Of a DNA stretch of 64,000 nucleotides, positions 54,201 to 64,000 are shown in pieces (position 1 is the stretch's first letter; every line of letters starts with the position of its first letter). Location of the stretch: positions 11,389,451 through 11,453,450 of the forward strand of contig CM082585.2 in assembly GCA_040954595.2 (NCBI GenBank), given 5' to 3'. The position numbers and the translations under genes were made by a program. The notes under the pieces were generated by a model. It was not told the DNA's origin. It did no database searches and saw only the letters and a list, made by a program, of their open reading frames with translations. Origin of the DNA: Balanoglossus misakiensis. Its lineage: Eukaryota > Animalia > Hemichordata.

Positions 54201-55041
54201 GAGTGTCTGTCGGCGACTACAGAGAGAGAGACACGTTGCGATGCAGTCGACGGCCCCGGTCGGCATCATTGAACCTCTCAGCATACACCAAAACTAGCTT
54301 ATCCCCTAAACCACCATATTTCCCGCCGTTTCAAATGGATGGATACCTAATCACTTCCACAAATAGACCAAGTCGATGCACTATCTCCGGCAATTTCCCG
54401 TACCGGCCGCTTCCCTCGGTAAAGCAACTAACTTGGCAATCGAATCCTTGGAGTGAAATGAAATCAGAGCCCAATATTCGTTCCCTGTCAATTCTGCATT
54501 CCAGTTGCCATTGCTGGTAGAAAAATAACGTTAGTTTGCGTCGGTGTAATAAGGCACAATAGTGAACAAGGTATATACTACATGTATTTCTCTGGTTTGT
54601 ATTGCGGCTATTACTAATCTCAGTATTATACAAAATTAAACGGAAAAACAAACACACTGGCTCCTTGGCCACGGACAGACACTAGCAATCGTACGGTCGT
54701 TATTGAATATCGAGGGGGAAAAACAGACCCAGTTATTCATAATCCAAACTGCACTCCACCGATCTATTATATCCCATAATTGGTTTTTCATTTCTAACAC
54801 CGTTTTTTCTGCTCTGAGAACCAACCTTACGGTAGCAAAAATAGAGAGCATCTGCCGATAACAAAATTAACACACGCGCGCGCGCCTCGCTCGCCTCAGC
54901 GCCGCAGCCGAATGTGTACGCTCGCGCAGCGCCCTCACCGTGCACACACGGTGCGTATGTACAATACTGCAAAGGCTGATACATACAGGTAACGAAAGAC
55001 ATTGATGTTGTGAGGAGTTTCGGAGTCAAGCATATCAGATT

Positions 55042-55078
55042 CAGGTCACCAAAACACGTTTCGGGTCACCAAAACACG
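55042..55078. repeat. Two-copy 20 bp tandem duplication
   Basis: GGTCACCAAAACACG at 55044 and 55064. Confidence 0.9.
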
Positions 55079-58000
55079 AATATACACATTGCGGTTTCTG
55101 CTGAACTATACGTGATCAAAATTACAACTTAAATATTCAAACACAAATGAAAAACAACACTTGAATGCATTTATTAGGCCGGAGAAACTATATACACGTG
55201 TAAATATTTAATTAAATACGACTAAACGCTCAAGCATATCAAAGGGGGTACACCATTCACTAATAGCAGTTTATAGGTCTAATATCTATTGTCTATGGTT
55301 TTTACTCTATGAATTTGACATTTTGGACAATTTGACATCGTTATAATTTTCTATTTCTGATATTAATTGAAGTGCAAAGGATACATGCTGAGGAGAACAA
55401 GCGACCCATCGCTAATGATTTCATTTGACGGTTAAACGAGATGTTGTGAAGGTAGAAAAAACGCGCTACATATTAAAAGCATAAAAGCGAGGTAAACGGG
55501 ACAGGTGCTTTCTGTCGCTCTCCAACACTCCATCTTTTTTCCCCCAATCACTAAAGTGCGGCCCGTAGGCGACAGATAAATTCGAGATAGATGCCAAGCA
55601 AACGTTGAGTGCTTATAAAGACTAAATCACATGCTGAATGTTATTTGAAAGTCTCTCCAACTCTCGATTTCTGCCGCCGCAGCTTTTCACACCAAAACTG
55701 GCCTCCTTTATATCATTTTGGGGGAAGAGGCGAAGGGGACGAATGCCCCATCAAATCCCCACGTACCGTTAATAACAGATATCACCACCACAGTAGCCGG
55801 ACGGCATGCTAGCTGTCTCATCCGAGGCTTTTAATTAGAATGGCCGTGCAGGCGAGATAGTTCACAGCGGGACCCCCATTAATTCATAAGTTTAGTCTGA
55901 CAACAACAGACGGTTATTAATGTACAAATGTGCGACAAGGATCCATTCTGACACTAAGTATTGCCTATCTAATGCACTGCCTTATCGTCGTTCATCCCCT
56001 TCGCAGATCCGCGGCTGAGGCTTAGAGTTTCAAATTTACCGCACGTTTCCTCAAAGAAATATTTCAAGTCGATCGCTTCTCGCCAGACGTTCAATGCTAT
56101 GAACGTTTGAATGCTACGAACATTCCGTCAATTTTGGCTTTTGTTAAAAATTTGTTCTGCTTTCGAAGTCTCTCAAATCCATTAGTCGTATACACAGCAG
56201 ATGCGGCAGAACCCGTGACAAAAGAAAAATTCTCTGTCTATTTTTGATTCCGAGTGCCTGTATATTTTCAGGTGCGATACAGGAGCGACTATTTTCAGCG
56301 TTTACTTTTCCTTGTTTTATGTACACAAGCCTTAGAGGAAAAACGAGGACAAACGACATAAAACCACACATTTCTCATCAATTTGATGATTCTCAGACTT
56401 AAAATATATGTACGAAGCTTCATGGCACACACGAAAAAGTTTTTGTAGAGATTATATTAAAATCAATGTTGGTGTCGAGAGGGAAGGGAAAAATTGATGC
56501 CAAATTCTGAATTTAACTGTATAGTTCAGTACTCAGCATCACATCTGCGCAAGGGGAACGTTTAAAATTACCGATGTTGCGTTTTAATCAACCATGAATT
56601 CGTAATGACGATTGCCAATTGCCACAAATAATGCAAGACCCACTCGAGGTCGAAATGGGAAGATGTTTTTTTTCTTTAAAAAAAACAGGGGCCCTATAAC
56701 TGTAACTTCGATATTCTTGTGAATTTGAAAAAAATGTAATTGAAAAACAGAACAGAATCCAGAAAGTACGTAGATTTTTTATGGAGCTGTCATGAAACAG
56801 AACAAAATTTATATATAAAAAACATCATTGATGTTACAGCTATTAACTTTATTGTCCCTTTAAAACAATAAAAACTAACATGATACCTGCTTGTAGGTGA
56901 AATGACCTAAATTTGACTATGGTCTAACTCGACTGTAAATAGGTGTCAATTTTATTAGTACGAGATGCTACTGATAATGACGTGTTAGTATTATGAATAA
57001 CCGAGCCGTCAACGGGCGACTGATAACTGCGGGCTAGCTTCCATTTTTCATTTCCACTTTTATTTATTAGCCGAGTCTCGATGTCAAACAGGGAGAAAGA
57101 GTCTGCAAATCTGTCGGGTTCGCGTCTGATATTGCCTATTACGTTCCCAGATAAAATGCCAAATTTTCGATTGGATTAGACGGGATGATTCCAAAAGGGG
57201 AAAGCCATCGTTCTAGAATCGATTGGTAGATGTTGAAATATAGGCTGCCATGGACATATTACTTTTCTGGCTGAGTAAACCGCCCAATTTTGGTTTGTAA
57301 ATTTGTCGTCTGATCTGCCGTGTTAGTGCGCAATACCGTGAAAAACAAGCCAGTTGACAAGGCGCTTGCTCGCGGAGAGCTGATCAGAAGAAAGGGCGCG
57401 AGACGAGAAGCAGAATTTTAAAAAAAGAAATAGTCTGCCCTCATGACAATTATGGGCAGAGTAGAAGGGACTTCATCCATTTTCAATCAACTTATGGTGA
57501 TATAATATTTGATCCTACAGCTATAAATTCCTCCGATGAACATATGTGTACTTAATTAAAATGATTCTCCATAGATTATACCAAGACCGACAAATAATTC
57601 GGCGCCAAAAATTGAACGTTTTTACGGTGTGGTCAATGAATGTACACGCAATGTATAGAGGTAGAGTGGCGGCCATATTTTGGGGTACACCCTATTATAT
57701 TCGATTACATTACTATACATTCATACATTTTTTTCACTTATTCATTGTACAATATTATGTTGATTAAAACTGAATTTTCCAACTTAAATTAAGAATATGC
57801 AAAGTTGCCACTTTTGGAGCTTAAAAATCGTTTAACAAAGCTTCATTTTATACCTTAACATTTCCCAGTTGCACACTTCTGTAACGCTGGCACATTAGTC
57901 TATAAAAATGTGAACATGTTTCGGATTAAATTTGACAGATTCTATTCACTGTTTAGTTGTTTAGGTTTCTGAGAGAAATAGAAACAGGAAGAAAAAAGGA

Positions 58001-60815
58001 AACCATAGAATATTCACACTTTCATTGCGCCATTTTTATCAGGTTGCTCCGTTTGCAAAGGGCTGACCTTACTTACAATACTAGGGAAGCCTCTCCCGCG
58101 CCCCTTTGTCGTCTCTGTCGATGGAACGACAAAATTACACCGTCATAATTCTCTCTAAATTACATTTTTTTAATTTTCTGGTCTCGAATGAGACTGAGAC
58201 TGTAGTTGGGCAGTTACAACTTTCCCCCAACAAGACGCGATTGTAAATACATGTAGTTTACCTTTAGATATAAGGAGCGAAGAGCAGGAGACGATATTTT
58301 GATCCAGCGTCTGGGAGTGGGGATAATTGCAAAATTTATCTTATAGCATTGTTACGCCAAGCCTTGCAAAGCGTTCTTGTCGGCAAATTCTGAAAATATC
58401 CCAATTGACTCCACAGTAATCAGGTGACAAATTATGGCCAGAAATTAGCAGATAGCCGGGACTCGGTAACGAACAAACGAGCTCTGATGAGACCGATACA
58501 GGCAAAGTGCACAAAATGTTCTGTAATCGAGAGAGAGAGAGAGAGCGAAATTTTCGAGGAGAGAGAGTAATCACAGTAAAAGATCGACCATAATCAGAGT
58601 GTGACGTGGGTGATATAAAGCGAAGTTTCGACGTTGGCATGTCAAATAGCGCTTTGAGTTCGACGGACGTTCCGGGGCGAAGAGGATGAATGTTTTGTGA
58701 GTTTATCAAAATGCACAAGATGGTGAAATATGACAGTTGGCGCTTACGGACAGACACACGCACGCACAAACTAACATCGCCACGGGGAAGAAGCTGCGAA
58801 TGTTATTAGCGCATGTCATGCGGTATTACAGAAATTCGGGCTCCTCCGATGCAAAGCTATCCGAAACAATCAGTCTAAAGGTGAAACTAAATCGATGGGA
58901 CGGGGAGGCACGCAGGCACTACGACCCCATTGACTCGTCTAAATGGCATCGGCATATATGTTGTAATCATGCTCACTATAAATTTGTCGCAAGCTATTAC
59001 CCTAATCGAAGGGTCGACTGGGGGTGACACTTGCACTATTGATTACAGTACGTCGGTCATCTGTCAATCAAAGTAAAAGACAATTTGGCTTGCGTCTCGT
59101 CATAGAGGTGACGACTTCAGCTAGAGAGGGGGGGACTTCGACATCTGACTACATCTTTGAGATAGATGACGGTACTTTCCCTGTGCTTCTTTTCATATAC
59201 TCAGCTGCGTTGGACTGAAGAAACGGGCGGGAAAGTCTATCGTTTGTTTGACTTATACTGAAATAAAAACTGAAAGTGTCGCGTCTACAGTTAGACTGCA
59301 GGCAGGGGATTCAAAATACCTTTGCACGCACGTGCAGTGATAACTGAACGAATGCACCGTCCCATGATGCATCTGTCTCTGGAAAATAAACCGTTTACGT
59401 TTGACACCCAGAATTTAAAATAATCTGGAAATGTTCCTCTGAAAAAGTGACAGGAAAAGAAGATTACAACCCATCCATAAAATTTTGCAAGACACATTTT
59501 AAAACTGGGCCGAATCCTCCTGCTGAAATGAGTTTGACATAAGCTTCAACGCGACTGCCTAAGTTCTGTGAGATGATAAGGCTCTTCCATATTGCCTTTC
59601 ATTGACACATTTTGGTGGAAATGTGAACATATCTACATAGTTCAAATGTTTCGACGTCACATTTGAATGTTTTGGGAGAATTGTGAATAACTATTCGGGA
59701 GGGAACATCTTGTATTGAGGAGGCAAAGTCGCGTCGACACGCCCTTCCGGTCAAACAACGCAAAACCGGAAATGCTAAACACTGCATATTTCAGGTTTGA
59801 ACTTTTTTAAGTTTGTTAAACCACAATCGGGGTAACGGGTTATTTTAGAAATAAAGTAAGAGAACCCGCACACAGCTGCCCCCTCTATCAATTACTCGAA
59901 TAGCATTTGATGCCCCCCTCTACCCCCCAGCCATGTCGACAGAAAGTCAATTTTAGATATCGGTGGTAAAATGAAACCTGTATTAACAACACATCAGCAG
60001 CGCTATTAATAAGTAACTATTCATTAAACTGCTGCTTTGAAAAAATAGGTACCGGCTCTTATCATCCGGATACTTTTAACACCAAATTTTGTTGTATCAA
60101 ACAAAAAGCTGACATCGGGCATATTGTGTAGCAGATAGCAAACAAAAGGATGGTCTGATACCGCGATATATGAGCATTTATACTTTTTATTGTTGAGTGT
60201 ACATTTTCTGTAGAGTTTTGTATTTTGTTTCAGTGTGGGTTGCCTTTTTCTGCACAGACATTATTATGCGGGTGGCTCGTTTCATATGTTACTCGTGATA
60301 AAACATACGACAGAAGCTAATTTGGCTAAAAAGAGAATCGTTTGGTAATTCTGATGGTATGTTAGATGGTATGATATGTGGCGGGAAGTTTTTTGATCGG
60401 CCATCATGCGTTGAGAGTCGATGGTTTTGATGAGCTGCGCATTAATATTTTGTGTTTTGTGGACGTATGCAAAGGATGCAGTGAAGTGAATCTCTCGAAT
60501 GATTACTGAAACCACTCATCGGTGTGAAATTGAACGATAATTTCCAAACTTGTGTTCAATTACTGCGACTATCAAAAGAAATTTAGGATATAACTAAAAC
60601 CCCTCAATGCGTCCATACGTGTTTAAATTAAAAGCTCGTTTGTCATGTTTATATTTCATTTTCATTTTATTTCGGAAATTAGTCCAGAGCTTGCATGCAC
60701 AGTCGACTTTAAGACATATGAAATGTTCATTTCAATCGCATTTTTGTGAAGTCATTATTTAGTTTTTTGTTTTTTTTTTTGAATTTCGCGTGTAAGACGT
60801 GGTATATAAGTCACT

Positions 60816-60836
60816 CCCCCCCCCCCCCCCCCCCCC
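60816..60836. repeat. Poly-C homopolymer (21 nt)
   Basis: Directly visible; shorter G/C runs occur at ~7696, ~23042, ~48275 and ~61333. Confidence 0.9.
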
Positions 60837-63800
60837 GCCGGATATCTGACTGGCACATTCATCGGAGTACCCGAAAATCATACCCAGCAAAAACTAGTTT
60901 GAAAGCGATCGTCTGCTACACATATTTTCCATCCAAAATGTGATTAGTTGAACAAAGGTCATTAGCGCTCACATACTGCCATACATCATGTTGACTAAAT
61001 TATTAATATTCTAATAATACAAATGAAATTTTGGTGTGAAGACAAGGAGATGGGACAACTTATAAATTATGCTGCTTCCAATTTGTTTATTTTATTTATT
61101 CATTTATTGAAAAATGTAAAGTAAGAAACGTATTATTTTGTTTTATGCGACAAAAGGGATGTGTTATAATTACATGACCTGAACATTCACTTTCCATCTT
61201 TCCATGAAGGATATTCTTATCAGAAATTCAGAAGTAGGATTACATGTCCACTGTTTAAATATATGTTTTTGTTTTCTTTTGGTTTGTTTCTCTGACTTCA
61301 CGAAACACATAAGTGTCACGTGAGTCTTATTTGGGGGGGGGGGGGAAACAAAAAATAGTTTCTGCCTTTTTCCTTGTTTGCAGAAAGGGAGAGTGACTGT
61401 GGCACAAATTCAAACAAGCAAATTTAACGGCAGAAATTTTGCTGGTACGAACATTTTAGTTAATTTGTTAAAATACACAGCGCGGTATCGAGGCTCATCC
61501 GCCCATAAAAAAAATAACACTGCTGTGCCTTGTGCTATTTGTGGTGTCCAATTTTGGCTCGAAACCAGGAACCCACTTCGTTCACAGCGGAGACGATAAA
61601 CTAAGCAAGAATTTCTCATAAAATTCTGACAAAAAGACGTCTCAATTGAAAAATTTAGCAACGGGTCGTCGGTTTTGATATCGCATTTGTTGGGATGCTC
61701 CGGTCGCCCGACAGCCTTAGCTGCCAATCATTCTCAACTCTGTCATCACACCGATGAATTATCTCGAGTAAATGATAATCCGTAACAACCATGCAACACG
61801 TAAAAACGAACACGCGTCTCTCCAAGCTAATTCTAATGTTTCCGACTGTGTTTATATAACAGAATATTAAGCATCACTGAAGCAGGACAGTGAAATATCT
61901 TCTCTCCAGTAGTTTGTTTTAGAAGAGAATGCAGACGATATTTTCATAGACAAATTGCGCGCTTTTTTCACAAATTGACACAAAACACATTTTAATTTCC
62001 AAAGAATGGACATTAATTGGCTTCACAGCCGAGTAAGCTTGAAATAATTACCGTTCTTCAATTATTTTTTTAAAACACAATGAAACCCCCGAAACATAAT
62101 TAACTCTTAAACGAGCATTTATGTTTTCTTTTTCAATTTTTACGCGGTTGTTTATCTCCAGTTCTGTTTGTTGCCAACTGACCCGTAATGTGTGTCGCAT
62201 GATCAGCATCCTACGTGGTCGTTCAGTCTTGTTCGATCAGACACCCTCTTTTATTTCCTCGAATGTTCGAAAAAAAATTATAGTTTCTCGATGAACATAC
62301 ACTTTGACATGTAATACTAGATTCAACGAACGCAACGTTCCATTTAACAGCCAGAATAATTATTCGTCCTTTGTCTAATATTCAAATTTATCGTTAACAT
62401 GTCTTAGTTAAAAGTTGCTTATATTTCTGCACAAGATGCCATTTAAGCCAATCAGATTTCTGCCACCTGTTTAAGCTCCCCTAGCTTTCTGTATCATCTT
62501 ATTGCGATCTCTATTCTAGTTTAAGCTTCTTAGGTCGTTTCGTGACCGTTGGTCATCAAAGATGGCGCCTATTTGCGCACACATGATGACGTAATCACCC
62601 AGTACACGTGCTGGCTGATAGACAAGATGGTGACTTTGACCTCTTTTCGATTAATGTGACCTTACGACTTTGTGTTGACTAAAGAACTCATGACATTATA
62701 CTATAAATTATGGAAAATGAAACTTTTATTGATTTTTTATAGATCTGCAATCATCGTGATAAACTTGGACGGCAAATTACTGATTAAAACCTGATCACTG
62801 AAATGTCAGTACAAGGTGTTTTAATTAAAATGCAATCAAATGCAGTTTTTAATGAGAATAATCGAGCATGTTTGACAAAAAATTAATGAAAACGTGTGTC
62901 AACATCTGTTGAAATAACGCCATGACATTTTGCACCAAAGAGATAGTAAGTAGAACGTTTCATCCGCGGCAATAAACACGAAACATTTGACCTAACTTGG
63001 TGATTTTACTAATATAGAACTACTTGTGGAAATGTTTCCTCGACTTTTTATATATCCAATTTCGCTCCGATCATTTCGTGTGATATCGTCATCATTAAGA
63101 ATTGATGGTTTCCATGTTCCCGTGCACGAATTTAATTAATTGTATTGAATAAATAATGGCCAATTCGTCATACTTTAGACCTGGAAGCGGCAGGAAGATA
63201 GACGCGACTGCAAAATTTCCCGCGTAAAATTCATATCAAGTCACCCAGAAAAAAAGACTAATTGAGGAAATGAATATAATGGGTTTTCAACGAAAACAAT
63301 TGTGGTCCCGACAGTGAGCGACTTATGAAATGATTAGTCACATATTCCGTAATGTTCATGGGGTCTTTTTGCTTTATTTTGTTTGATTTTTAGAATATTT
63401 CTTGCTTTTGTCTGTTCGGGTTAATCATACATAATTGCATTCTAGTTATCTTAACAATGGTTTCCGACAGTAGATTCGCTTTTCTGTTTTGATTCTCGCT
63501 CACTTATGTTACCGCCTATGCAATCTTCTCCTGAGAAAAACATAATATAGATTATTTGAGACAACAATGCGTTGAGCTGAAAACCCCCAACCTGACTACT
63601 ACGCCCCCTCTATTATCAAACGCATAAAGAGTAAATATCACCGTCATTGGCGATGCCTTGCCGATCATTTTATCGAAACAGCGCCACGCAACACTTTAAA
63701 ACCAATCGATATTTCGCGGGAGTAATGATATAATGTACACAATTCCTGTAATGGCGATTTTAAAATAAAAGAGCGCTTGATCACTGGCGTTACCTGGAAG

Positions 63801-64000
63801 TTTATCAGCTATTTATTTGGGTTAGCATATATGCAATGAATCAGAGAACGTGATAGGAGCCGTGGTGATGTGTATTCGGCAGGGCCTATATACAATAGTG
63901 TCTAACTGTCGCTTCTTGTGGTTTTACACTCCTATACCTAACTGTGCTCCAAGGGCGCGAATTCGAACATTCGAGATGAACTGCCTAACTTCATATTTTT

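Noticed and set aside
1-64000. Linked SoxB2 (Sox14/21) paralogue or an autonomous transposon
   Set aside because: No second HMG box and no reverse transcriptase, transposase or RepHel ORF in the six-frame track.

Overview
Eukaryotic (animal) genomic DNA, not prokaryotic. It is moderately AT-rich, CpG is not visibly depleted, and it carries microsatellites. The only credible protein-coding gene is an intronless SoxB1 (Sox1/2/3-like) HMG-box transcription factor gene on the minus strand (18325-19290). It has a CCAAT/GC-box promoter and a probable 3' UTR of about 750 nt. The protein looks like an invertebrate deuterostome SoxB1, possibly hemichordate; this is inference and the species is not determined. 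The other ~63 kb is a gene desert typical of a developmental regulatory landscape. Its most structured object is a ~2.45 kb non-autonomous Helentron-type (HINE/DINE-1/pearl-like) element at ~29022-31468. This element has intact diagnostic ends, internal duplications, a 213-215 bp tandem array and a foldback junction, and it carries several POU octamers and Sox sites. I flag several motif clusters as candidate SoxB1 enhancers, including a Zic+Sox+POU+Otx cluster ~3 kb upstream that recalls the vertebrate Sox2 N2 enhancer. These are hypotheses from motif reading only. I found no evidence of a novel coding system; all other listed ORFs look spurious.
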